Assembly (NCBI GenBank): GCA_018648585.1
Contig: JABGQW010000014.1
Location: forward strand, 4,782-68,781
DNA: 64,000 nt
Direction of reading: 5' to 3'
Origin: a bacterium
GTDB taxonomy: Bacteria; Patescibacteriota; Gracilibacteria; UBA4473
Within the stretch, counting starts at the first letter, position 1. The number at the start of each line of letters is the position of its first letter. Shown piece by piece: positions 37,556 to 45,999 of this stretch. A program made the translations under genes and the position numbers. A model generated the notes under the pieces. It saw nothing but the letters and a program-made list of their open reading frames with translations. It was not told where the DNA came from and ran no database searches.

Positions 37556-39340
37556 GTATAAATATTGCTCAAACTTCTTTGTTCCTTTTTTTTGATCTTG
37601 AACATTTTTTCTGTACAAATTTGTGAGCAACGTTTTTTCCTGTGATAAAAATTTTGAAGCCGGATCAAAAAATAAAAAAATGAGATGATCCAACTCGTGC
37701 GGAAAATTATTTCGTTCGAAAAAAACCGTGGAAAATTTTTCAAATCCACCGGGAACTTTTTCAATTTCCCGCATTTTTTCTGGATATTTTTCCCACAAAA
37801 ATTGGAAGTTTTCCGTATTTTTCTTCGATCGAGCCGAAGCGTACAAAATCGCAGATTCGGATTTTTTCAAATCATAATTTTTTTCAAGTGCAAAATGGAA
37901 GTGCGCGCCGCGCTGCGCCTCGGTTTTTTTGTAATTTGAAATCCGCCGATCCTCCTGCAAAAGCTCAACAACATTTTTTTGGAAATGCGAATTGTACGCC
38001 GCCCGAAAATTTCGAAGATAAAAATAGGCGGTTTTCAGTTTCCGTTTGTCGTTGACATCGCCTGTCCGCAGATCAATCGCTCGACCGAAGTGGTGGTGCG
38101 ACTTTTGGCTGTGTCCATTTTTTTCAGCACCGCCAGACAAAACAAACGAAATATTTTTTTCCGAATAAAAATCGATCTCCAATTCATGAAAATCTTGCGC
38201 AAATTGATTCGTAATTTTTTGCAATTCCGGACGCAATTTTGAGTACATGTCGTAGTCATTGTTTTTTATTTCCAGAAACTTTTTTTCGCGCAAAAACTCA
38301 TTGGTTTGTCCCCAGCGAATTCGCGTACAAAGCGCATCAAACTGCCACGCAGACAAGTTTTCAAATTTCTGATTTTTCGACAATTCCCAGTGCGAATCGG
38401 CAACAAATTTTTTGACGTGCGCAGGATTTTTCATCAACTGAATCAAATTTTCTCGCGTGGAGAAAAAAACTGCATCCGGCAAAAATCCGTTCGCGTTGTG
38501 CATTTTTTTCAGCGTCATATTTGCGCGGTACACATATTTTTTGGAAAACTCCGGAAAATCTTTTGAATCGAGTAAAAATTCTGAAAATTTTTCTGGCAAT
38601 TTTGGCGCTGGTGGCGCGGAAATTTCTGGCTCGAACGGTTTCGGGAAAAATTCATCGCGAACTTCTCGAGAAAGTTCTCCGGGTTCGAAATCCGGAAATT
38701 TTTGTACGACAAATTTTTGTGCCGTCCGATCCGCCATAATTTTTTGTTCCGACTCAAATTTTGTTTTCAAATCCAAATCCAACAACGAAACCGACGTTTC
38801 TGCCTGCGTGGAAACTTTTTTTCGTTCGAGTTTTTTCTGCTCTTCCAATTTTTGTTTTTCAAGTTTTAATTTTTGTTTTTCAAATTCTGTCGTTGCATTT
38901 TTTTCAATTTCTTGAAATTTTTCCGTGGCAAAATTCGCCCCCAAAAGTTTTTTGACCGGCACGCGAACCGATTCGCCGTCGCGCATTTTGAAATCTTTTT
39001 TCCCGTTCATCGCCGCAATTTCTTCTGCGATAAAATTCCAATCCTGCTTTTCCCAATTTCCCGCAGACATTTTCAAACCGCGCACCAAAAGCCCGTACAG
39101 CGTTTTGTCCCGCGCGAGATCGAACGAAATTTCAACGAAAAATTCCCCATTTTTATTTTTTTCAACACGAGAAAAATTTTTCACTTTCCCCGATTTTTGA
39201 GCAAAATAATTGTTCAACCTTTCTGTCACAAAATCTGATTTTGTTTTTTCAATTTCATTTTTCAAATTTTCTGGCAATTCCAATTTTTGCGGAGAATTTT
39301 CAAAATTTGCGGAAACTTGCTCAAGAGTATTTTTTGACAT
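37544..39340 (-). CDS. LysM-like plus M15-type (Hedgehog/DD-peptidase fold) zinc peptidase protein
   Basis: TLYGL...IAAMNG...MRDGESVRVP (LysM-like); SHHHFGRAIDLR...AHFHF zinc ligands. Confidence 0.65.
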   Translation of the reverse strand: MSKNTLEQVSANFENSPQKLELPENLKNEIEKTKSDFVTERLNNYFAQKSGKVKNFSRVEKNKNGEFFVEISFDLARDKTLYGLLVRGLKMSAGNWEKQDWNFIAEEIAAMNGKKDFKMRDGESVRVPVKKLLGANFATEKFQEIEKNATTEFEKQKLKLEKQKLEEQKKLERKKVSTQAETSVSLLDLDLKTKFESEQKIMADRTAQKFVVQKFPDFEPGELSREVRDEFFPKPFEPEISAPPAPKLPEKFSEFLLDSKDFPEFSKKYVYRANMTLKKMHNANGFLPDAVFFSTRENLIQLMKNPAHVKKFVADSHWELSKNQKFENLSAWQFDALCTRIRWGQTNEFLREKKFLEIKNNDYDMYSKLRPELQKITNQFAQDFHELEIDFYSEKNISFVLSGGAEKNGHSQKSHHHFGRAIDLRTGDVNDKRKLKTAYFYLRNFRAAYNSHFQKNVVELLQEDRRISNYKKTEAQRGAHFHFALEKNYDLKKSESAILYASARSKKNTENFQFLWEKYPEKMREIEKVPGGFEKFSTVFFERNNFPHELDHLIFLFFDPASKFLSQEKTLLTNLYRKNVQDQKKGTKKFEQYLYSLV

Positions 39341-39475
39341 CTTGCCATTTTAACATTTTTTCACTAAAATTTCCAGTACAAAAAAACCGCTCGAAACCCG
39401 CGCAGTTCAAATTTGAAAACTCTGGGAGTGAAAAACATGTATAAAATAGTCATGAATTCCACTCTCTCAATTTCA

Positions 39476-39910
39476 TTACGACACAAACGTCGCTTTGAAA
39501 TTTTTGTAGTCAAGTAATATCATGAGGATAAAACCCGACAATAAAGAGAATATTATACTCATCAATACTCCTAAGGGTTGATGATTCTTCCAAACAGCAT
39601 GCTCGGCAGAACCTTCAATTCGATTTTCCCATCCCTTACTGTTCCACAATGGAGCTGGCAAGGAAAAGGCATAGGCACCATCAATAACTCTATCCGATCC
39701 CTGCAAAACTTGCAGTTCCTCGAATGAATTTACTTTAAATAATTTTTTGATATCGACTTTGTTGGTTGCCCAACTTTCAGCGAAAGCATCACTGTATTCT
39801 GTTGCGTAAAACATTTTTACAATGCTTTTTGCAACTGGCATCTCCGCGATTAAGAACGAAAATACGAAAAATAGCGCACTAAATATAAGTGCATAAACAT
39901 AATTTTTCAT
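39476..39910 (-). CDS. AT-rich hypothetical membrane protein with two transmembrane helices
   Basis: MKNYVYALIFSALFFVFSFLIA N-terminal helix and C-terminal helix; atypical codon usage. Confidence 0.7.
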   Translation of the reverse strand: MKNYVYALIFSALFFVFSFLIAEMPVAKSIVKMFYATEYSDAFAESWATNKVDIKKLFKVNSFEELQVLQGSDRVIDGAYAFSLPAPLWNSKGWENRIEGSAEHAVWKNHQPLGVLMSIIFSLLSGFILMILLDYKNFKATFVS

Positions 39911-40100
39911 GGCTTTTGTTTTAGTTAATAATAGATTATTTGTAAGGATTCTGCCTACTTCAAACCAAAATAAACACAACCTTACAAATAACCATATTCA
40001 ATCAACATACATGCTTTTCTCCCACAATTTTCAAAAATGATACTTCAAAGAGCTTGTCTACTATAACCAAAGAAACAAAGAATGTCAACTTTTGTTCGAA

Positions 40101-42212
40101 CTATTTATCTTCCACCGCTTTCATCGAAAGCTGCGTGCGTCCCATTTTATCAACACCGATCAATTTTACAGTAATTTTTTGCCCTTCTTTTAATTCATCT
40201 GAAACATTTTCAACGCGATGATTTGCAATTTCTGAAACGTGCACGAGCGCTTCTTTTCCTGGCAAATATTCAACAAATGCGCCGAAATCCATCACATTTT
40301 TGACCGTCGCATTTTCGAAAACATCGCCAACTTCTGGTTCGTACGTGAGCGCTTTTATTGCCGCAATTGCACCTTTCGCTTTTTCTCCGTCGACCGAAGA
40401 AACCATCACCAATCCGTCGTCCTCGATGTCGATTTTTACGTCGAAATCTGCGCAGAGTCCCTGAATTGTTTCTCCACCTTTTCCGATCACCACTCGAATG
40501 TATTCTGGATTGATGTGAAAACTCGTCACGCGCGGCGCGAACGAACTCATTTCTGATCGCACTTCTGGAATCGCAGATTTCATTGATTTCAAAATCTCGG
40601 TGCGTCCGACAGTCGCCTGCGCAAGCGCTTCTTTGAGAAGTGACATGTCCAAACCCTTCAATTTGATGTCCATCTGCAACGCGGTCAAACCGTTTTCGTC
40701 GCCGCAAACTTTCAAATCCATATCTCCGCAGAAATCTTCCTGCGCCTGGATGTCGGATAAAATTTTGTAATTTCCATCCTCGTCGGTCACCAATCCCATC
40801 GCAATTCCAGAAATTGCCGATTTGATCGGAATTCCACCGTCCATCAACGCGAGCGTCGATCCGCAAACCGATGCCATCGAACTCGATCCATTGCACGCGA
40901 GAATTTCTGAAACGAGCCGCAACGTGTACGGAAAATTTTCTTCTTTTTTTGGAATCACGTACTCCAGCGCGCGCTCTGCCAAAGTTCCGTGTCCGATTTC
41001 TCGGCGTCCGGTTCCACGCAGCGGTCGCACTTCTCCAACAGAATATGGCGGAAAATTGTAGTGGTGAATATATTGTTTTTTGTATTCTGGTCGATCTGGA
41101 TCGTCGAGAATCTGTTCGTCGCTCGGCGCACCGACCGTCAAAACCGTCAACGCCTGCGTGTCTCCTCGTTCAAACAATCCTGTTCCGTGCAGTCGTGGAA
41201 AAATCCCCACTTCAGAATTCAGCGTTCGAATTTCCTCGGCGCCGCGTCCATCGAGACGTTTTCCTGTTTTCAAAATTTGGTTTCGCAGAACTTTTTTAAA
41301 TTTTTTGGTAAAAAATTCGAGCAAGTCCCCTTTCTTCAATTCGTCGTTTTCAATTTGATCTGCACACGCATCGAGAAGTTTTTGTTCTGCGGCGTGAATT
41401 GCCGTGTGTAATTCTTTTTTTGATCCACCAGAAATATTTTCAAAATCTGAATCCGTCAAAAATTTATCCACTGCCACTTCGGCCGCTGGATCGATCTGAC
41501 GAAACTGTGGCTCTTTTGCAACCACCTCGTGTTTTGCTGCAAATTCTCGCTGCGCGACGCACAATTTTTTGATGTGTGTGTGCGCAAACTCAAATGCTTC
41601 GATCATTTTATCGTTTGAAACCAAATTGGCTCCGGCCTCCACCATCATAATTGCTTCCTCCGATCCCGCGATGACCAAATCAAGATCACCTTTTTCACTT
41701 TCTTCAAATGTCGGATCGAGAAAAAATGATCCATCTTCTTTCATTCCCACGCGAACCGCCGACACTGGTGCTTCGATCGGAATTCCTGAAAGTTGAACCG
41801 CCATCGACGCACCGGTGATCGCTGTCGCCGCGAGCGAACGCGTTCCGTCAGTTTGCAACATCGTCGCGATGAGCTGCACGTCGTTTTGCATTCCTTTTGG
41901 AAACATCGGTCGCAATGGACGATCCATCATTCGTGCGATCAAAATCGCACTTTCGGGTGGTCGACCTTCTCGTTTCATAAATCGTGAACCTTTAATTTTT
42001 CCAGCAGCGTAAAACTTCGATTCGAAGTCACACATCATTGGGAAAAAATCGATTCCCTGTCGTGGCGATTCCGACATTCCTGCGGTCGCGAGCAAAACAC
42101 TTTCGCCGTATTTTACGACACAAGACCCCTGCGCCAAATTGGCTAAGTTTCCGGTCTCGAATGTGAACTCTCGTCCCTCGAGATCGACTGAAAACGTTTG
42201 TACGTTTTTCAT
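40101..42212 (-). CDS. pnp: Polyribonucleotide nucleotidyltransferase
   Basis: DFFPM...REGRP, HHYNFPPYSVGE, SEILACNGSSSMASVC, GDMDLKV, KH and S1 domains. Confidence 0.98.
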   Translation of the reverse strand: MKNVQTFSVDLEGREFTFETGNLANLAQGSCVVKYGESVLLATAGMSESPRQGIDFFPMMCDFESKFYAAGKIKGSRFMKREGRPPESAILIARMMDRPLRPMFPKGMQNDVQLIATMLQTDGTRSLAATAITGASMAVQLSGIPIEAPVSAVRVGMKEDGSFFLDPTFEESEKGDLDLVIAGSEEAIMMVEAGANLVSNDKMIEAFEFAHTHIKKLCVAQREFAAKHEVVAKEPQFRQIDPAAEVAVDKFLTDSDFENISGGSKKELHTAIHAAEQKLLDACADQIENDELKKGDLLEFFTKKFKKVLRNQILKTGKRLDGRGAEEIRTLNSEVGIFPRLHGTGLFERGDTQALTVLTVGAPSDEQILDDPDRPEYKKQYIHHYNFPPYSVGEVRPLRGTGRREIGHGTLAERALEYVIPKKEENFPYTLRLVSEILACNGSSSMASVCGSTLALMDGGIPIKSAISGIAMGLVTDEDGNYKILSDIQAQEDFCGDMDLKVCGDENGLTALQMDIKLKGLDMSLLKEALAQATVGRTEILKSMKSAIPEVRSEMSSFAPRVTSFHINPEYIRVVIGKGGETIQGLCADFDVKIDIEDDGLVMVSSVDGEKAKGAIAAIKALTYEPEVGDVFENATVKNVMDFGAFVEYLPGKEALVHVSEIANHRVENVSDELKEGQKITVKLIGVDKMGRTQLSMKAVEDK

Positions 42213-42281
42213 GGTATAAATGTGATTAGTTTTTTAAGAAAAGCCGCACAGTTTTTGAAAACAAAATTCTGCGCAGAAAAG

Positions 42282-42306
42282 AAAAACCCCCGACAAGTCG
42301 GGGGCT
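42282..42306 (-). terminator. Rho-independent terminator between rpsO and pnp
   Basis: Minus strand CCCCCGAC-TT-GTCGGGGG followed by TTTTT. Confidence 0.8.
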
Positions 42307-42310
42307 AAAA

Positions 42311-42574
42311 TTATTTTCGAAGTCCAAGCGACGCAGCAACCTCTTGATATTTTGCTGGATCGTTCATTTGCAGGTGTCGAAGTAGTCGTCGACGTTTTCC
42401 CACCATTCCGAGCAAACCGTGCCGAGAATGTTTGTCTTTTTTGTGAGTTTTCAAGTGCTCACCCAGGCTCGTGATTTTTTCGGTTAAAATCGCCACCTGT
42501 ACCTGCGAAGAACCCGTATCCTTCGCATGCGTCTGAAATTTTTTCATGACGCCCTTTTTGTCGTCTTTTTTCAT
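42311..42574 (-). CDS. rpsO: 30S ribosomal protein S15
   Basis: [13 protein letters not shown]...[22 protein letters not shown]...LGLRK. Confidence 0.97.
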   Translation of the reverse strand: MKKDDKKGVMKKFQTHAKDTGSSQVQVAILTEKITSLGEHLKTHKKDKHSRHGLLGMVGKRRRLLRHLQMNDPAKYQEVAASLGLRK

Positions 42575-42626
42575 CTTTTTAAAATTATTCGCGCAAATTG
42601 TACAAGGAAATTTTACGCGGTCAAAT

Positions 42627-43169
42627 TTATCGTACGTTTTCTTCAAAAAATTCAACAATCGCGTCGGAGCGCACGACAAAAATTTCCGCCGCCACCGGAC
42701 TCGATCCAATCACCACGCCGAAAATTTTTCCAGAATCGCCAAAAATCGGCAGCCCCGACTCGATCGCAGAAGTCACGCCGCTGACGACAAATCGCTTATT
42801 TTCTACCCGCAAAACTTTTCCACTCTGGTGTGCACCGTGCGACATCCAAAAAACTTCATTTCCCACCACGGGCGGATGAGATGCAAAATTTGGAATTTTT
42901 TCGAGAACCGTCGGTGCGTGAAAAAAAATTATTTTTTGAGACAAAAATTTCGCTGCAATTTCGAGCACCTGCTCATTCCAAAAAAAATCTTCTGGACCAG
43001 ATTCTGCTGCAACGAGAAAATTTTCTGTCAATGGAATCGCCACCGCCACCGGTTTTTTTTCGAGATCAAAAATTGTAATTTGCGCAGGAGTTTCTATCTC
43101 CATCGGCACTGCCGGAGCGCACGCCGACGCAAAAATTGCACACAGCATTCCCGTCAACCAAATTTTCAT
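42627..43169 (-). CDS. Putative lipoprotein with a degenerate trypsin-like domain
   Basis: Lipobox-like FASAC; [18 protein letters not shown] resembles the GxSGGP...GxVVGV motif. Confidence 0.6.
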   Translation of the reverse strand: MKIWLTGMLCAIFASACAPAVPMEIETPAQITIFDLEKKPVAVAIPLTENFLVAAESGPEDFFWNEQVLEIAAKFLSQKIIFFHAPTVLEKIPNFASHPPVVGNEVFWMSHGAHQSGKVLRVENKRFVVSGVTSAIESGLPIFGDSGKIFGVVIGSSPVAAEIFVVRSDAIVEFFEENVR

Positions 43170-43231
43170 TTCGCTCGATTCTTGCAAAAAATTTTGACAT
43201 CCGCAATCAAAATGCACAAAATACCGCCCGC

Positions 43232-43308
43232 GAGCGATTAGCTCAGCTGGCTAGAGCGCCTGCTTGACTCGCAGGAGGTCACAGGTTCGAATCCTGTATC
43301 GCTCACCA
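43232..43308 (+). tRNA. tRNA-Val (GAC) with atypical U37
   Basis: GAGCGAT/ATCGCTC acceptor stem, A73, CCA; anticodon arm CCTGC-TTGACTC-GCAGG; T-loop TTCGAAT. Confidence 0.92.
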
Positions 43309-43333
43309 TCTTTGAAAATTTCCACAAATCTCC

Positions 43334-43410
43334 GAGCGGTTAGCTCAGCTGGCTAGAGCGCCTGTTTCACTCACAGGAGGCCACAGGTTCGACTCCTGTA
43401 CCGCTCACCA
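43334..43410 (+). tRNA. tRNA-Val (CAC) with atypical U37
   Basis: GAGCGGT/ACCGCTC acceptor stem, A73, CCA; anticodon arm CCTGT-TTCACTC-ACAGG. Confidence 0.92.
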
Positions 43411-43504
43411 CAGTGCAAATCGCACGATTTTAGACAGAGATTTGGAAATTGACAAATTTGTGAAAAATTCTACACTCGCGCCGCATTTTATTTTCAAAAA
43501 TCTC

Positions 43505-43855
43505 ATGCCCATCATCAAATCCGCCATCAAACGCATGCATCAAACAAAACGACGCACGCAAAAAAACGTGATCGTCAAAAAAGGATTGAAAGAAACACTC
43601 AAAAAATTTTTAGGACTCATTGCTGAAAAGAAAATGACGGAAGCGACAAAATTGCTCCCAGAAGTTCAGAAAAGAATTGATCTCGCGGTGAAAAAGAATT
43701 TGATGCACGCCAACAAAGCCGCACGTCAAAAATCACAATTTGCGAAAATGATCACGAAAACACCGGCGAAAAAAGTAGCCGCGCCCGCAACGGAGAAAAA
43801 AGAGCCCGCAGCAAAAAAACCTGCCGCTCAAAAAAAAGAAGCGGAGAAAAAATAG
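43505..43855 (+). CDS. rpsT: 30S ribosomal protein S20 with Lys/Ala-rich C-terminal tail
   Basis: MPIIKSAIKR...IDLAVKKNLMHANKAARQKS. Confidence 0.96.
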   Translation: MPIIKSAIKRMHQTKRRTQKNVIVKKGLKETLKKFLGLIAEKKMTEATKLLPEVQKRIDLAVKKNLMHANKAARQKSQFAKMITKTPAKKVAAPATEKKEPAAKKPAAQKKEAEKK

Positions 43856-43878
43856 TTTCTCTCAAAATTTAGAAATTG

Positions 43879-43909
43879 AAAAAGTCCGCATCACGCGGAT
43901 TTTTTTTTT
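43879..43909 (+). terminator. Terminator after rpsT
   Basis: AAAAGTCCGC-ATCAC-GCGGATTTT followed by a long T-run. Confidence 0.75.
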
Positions 43910-43911
43910 GG

Positions 43912-43944
43912 AAAAAAAAGTCCTCCCAGAGAAATCTGGGAGGA
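43912..43944 (-). terminator. Terminator for the convergent minus-strand unit
   Basis: Minus strand TCCTCCCAGA-TTTC-TCTGGGAGGA followed by CTTTTTTT. Confidence 0.7.
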
Positions 43945-43959
43945 TTCATAATAAATTAT

Positions 43960-44098
43960 TCAATTTATCGAACCTAAAAAACGATTCTTTGTTTTTTTCT
44001 GCTTTTTAATACTCTTCCTCAGGATAAAAACGCCAAAAGCAATAACACAAAAACACACGAAACAAATCCGCAGAACTGTTGTTCATAATTTCATTCAT
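43960..44098 (-). pseudogene. Small single-pass membrane protein gene with a 1-nt frameshift
   Basis: AGGAG SD, then MNEIM; the frame switches to TTVLRICFVCFCVIAFGVFILRKSIKKQKK...; span is 139 nt (3n+1). Confidence 0.4.
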
Positions 44099-44132
44099 AA
44101 TTATTTTCTCCTTTTTTTAAAATTTAAATAAA

Positions 44133-44674
44133 TTACTCATATTTATAAATACCTGAATGCGCAACGGATACACTCATTGCACATAATGCGATCCCACAAC
44201 ATACCAAAAATGGAATCCCGAAAAAAATAAAAAAAATCATCTGCCCCATTGCGTCCACTTTCACAAAATCCTGCATCCCTGGACACCAGACAATTAAATA
44301 CTCGTCTCTGAAACTTCCCTCAATTTCGAAATACCGCAAACGGCATTTTGTTTTTTCCCGAATCGAATCAAATTCATTTTTTTTTGCAAAAACAAATTTT
44401 AAACGTTCACCTCGTTCGTCCAAATATTTGACTATCTTTTTTTCAGAATCCCAGCCAGTCGGGCTTCCTGCGTGTACAAACCCTTGATGTGAACTCAGGA
44501 ATTTTGAAAAGTTTTTAAACTTCGAAATTTTCTCCGGATCCAAAATAATTTTTTCAAAATCAGCCGTCATTTTTATCCTGACAATCGAATCAGGAGTCAA
44601 AAAATAACAAATAATCACAACGATGACGATCAAAAAAACGCTCAGTATTTTAATCCCTTTTTTTTGTTTTTCAT
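44133..44674 (-). CDS. Hypothetical membrane protein; natural ATG is out of frame across an A8 tract
   Basis: ORF 44133..44633 plus upstream ATG AAA AAC A8 GGG; one extra A gives MKNKKKGIKILSVFLIVIVVIICYF. Confidence 0.6.
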
Positions 44675-44853
44675 AATTTTCACTTTTTCTATTTTAAATT
44701 CATAATTTCGATTTTTCAGATTGATAATTTGAAAGAACTGCCAACTAATTTTGTCGACTGGATTCTCACCAAAAGAACCAACAAACAAGAAATCAATCGC
44801 ACGTCAACATTTATATTTTTCACAAAATATGTCAAACAATTAAAATAAAAAAA

Positions 44854-45279
44854 TCACGCAGATTTTTTCGTAGAAAGTTCGTCCCAAATCCACACTGCAA
44901 TTCCGAGAGAAACGAACGTGTCGGCGAGATTGAAAATCGGAAACGACCAAAATGCGAGAAAATCTGTCACCGCCCCGAAAAAAATGCGGTCGATCAAATT
45001 CCCCACCGCTCCGGAAAAAACAAACGCCGCGGCGATTTTTTGAAGTTTTGAAACCGGCGAAAACCAGAGAAATTTTCCGAGGAAAAAGAGCACCACCAAC
45101 GTCACCGGAACGAGGATCCAGCGCGCCATCGGAAACGAAAATGCGATGCCAGAATTTTCGACAAACTGCAACCGAAAAAATGGAAAAACTTCTCGAGCAG
45201 GATCGAAATTTTGTCGAGCAAAAATTTTACTCAACTGATCCAAAATCACACCACCGAAAATGAGAAATAAATATCGCAT
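44854..45279 (-). CDS. lspA: Lipoprotein signal peptidase II
   Basis: LDQLSK, NSGIAFS, GAVGNLIDRI, VTDFL, FPIFNLAD. Confidence 0.96.
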   Translation of the reverse strand: MRYLFLIFGGVILDQLSKIFARQNFDPAREVFPFFRLQFVENSGIAFSFPMARWILVPVTLVVLFFLGKFLWFSPVSKLQKIAAAFVFSGAVGNLIDRIFFGAVTDFLAFWSFPIFNLADTFVSLGIAVWIWDELSTKKSA

Positions 45280-45415
45280 TAATTTATATTTTTCATGAAA
45301 TATTTTTCGCAGAAAACTTTTTCAGAAAAATTGGCAGCAATATTTTTTCAAAAACTTTCACCACCACCGCAGGAATTTTAAATTCTTTTTTCGAAACCGC
45401 GCAGACTTTTTTCAT
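45279..45415 (-). pseudogene. Internally deleted relic of the Cys-rich gene family (compare 10991..12655)
   Basis: Starts MKKVCAVSKKEFKIP (vs MKKICAVSKKEFEIS) and ends, in another frame, EKVFCEKYFMKNIN* (vs EKVLCEKCYLKKIN*). Confidence 0.8.
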
Positions 45416-45579
45416 CTGCAGAAAATCTGCCAGACTTCGCGGAAAAAATCAAAATAATTAACTTTTTATTTTTTTTATTTAAAAAAAAACAGTGTTCTCG
45501 ATTTATTTTTTGAAAGACTTCGGGAGCCACCCCGCTCTTTTGAAATTTCGAGAAAAAAATAAATTTTTAAAATTATTTT

Positions 45580-45957
45580 TTACAAAAGACTTATTCCAAT
45601 TCCATGAAAAATGGTTGCCAGAATATTGATGCCTAAAATAATTGAAATGATGGAAATTCGTTGTTTTTTTGTAAGTTTTCGCTTTTTTAATTCGAGTTGG
45701 TCAAATAAAAGTGCGAAAAGAAGAAATGTGAGAAAGAGCAGTGATAAACTTATCGCCAGTGGTGCTTCTTCACCAGTTTTTAACACGATCTCAATTCCCC
45801 AGATAATAATCCTTGTTGCGATAGCAGGACCAACAACTCCAACGAGAGATTTCCAAAAAGACAGCCGTATTTTTGTGTATTTGCGAATGCGGTTTTGATA
45901 AACAAAAGGGAGTGAGATGGCAGCAACCAAACCGAGAAGCAAAAATATGTAAACCAT
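45580..45957 (-). CDS. Hypothetical membrane protein with about four transmembrane helices
   Basis: 125 aa hydrophobic ORF, AT-rich. Confidence 0.7.
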   Translation of the reverse strand: MVYIFLLLGLVAAISLPFVYQNRIRKYTKIRLSFWKSLVGVVGPAIATRIIIWGIEIVLKTGEEAPLAISLSLLFLTFLLFALLFDQLELKKRKLTKKQRISIISIILGINILATIFHGIGISLL

Positions 45958-45999
45958 GTGGAAATTTTAAATGACTTTCCTATTTTTTTCAAACTTTTT

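Noticed and set aside
44080-44094. UGA readthrough in ATG AAA TTA TGA ACA... of the small membrane ORF
   Set aside because: The same frame also ends in TGA, and SD spacing favours ATG 44098 plus a 1-nt indel
43232-45957. Integrated element or prophage at the tRNA-Val genes
   Set aside because: No integrase, no duplicated tRNA 3' end beyond the two genes, and rpsT and lspA lie within the region
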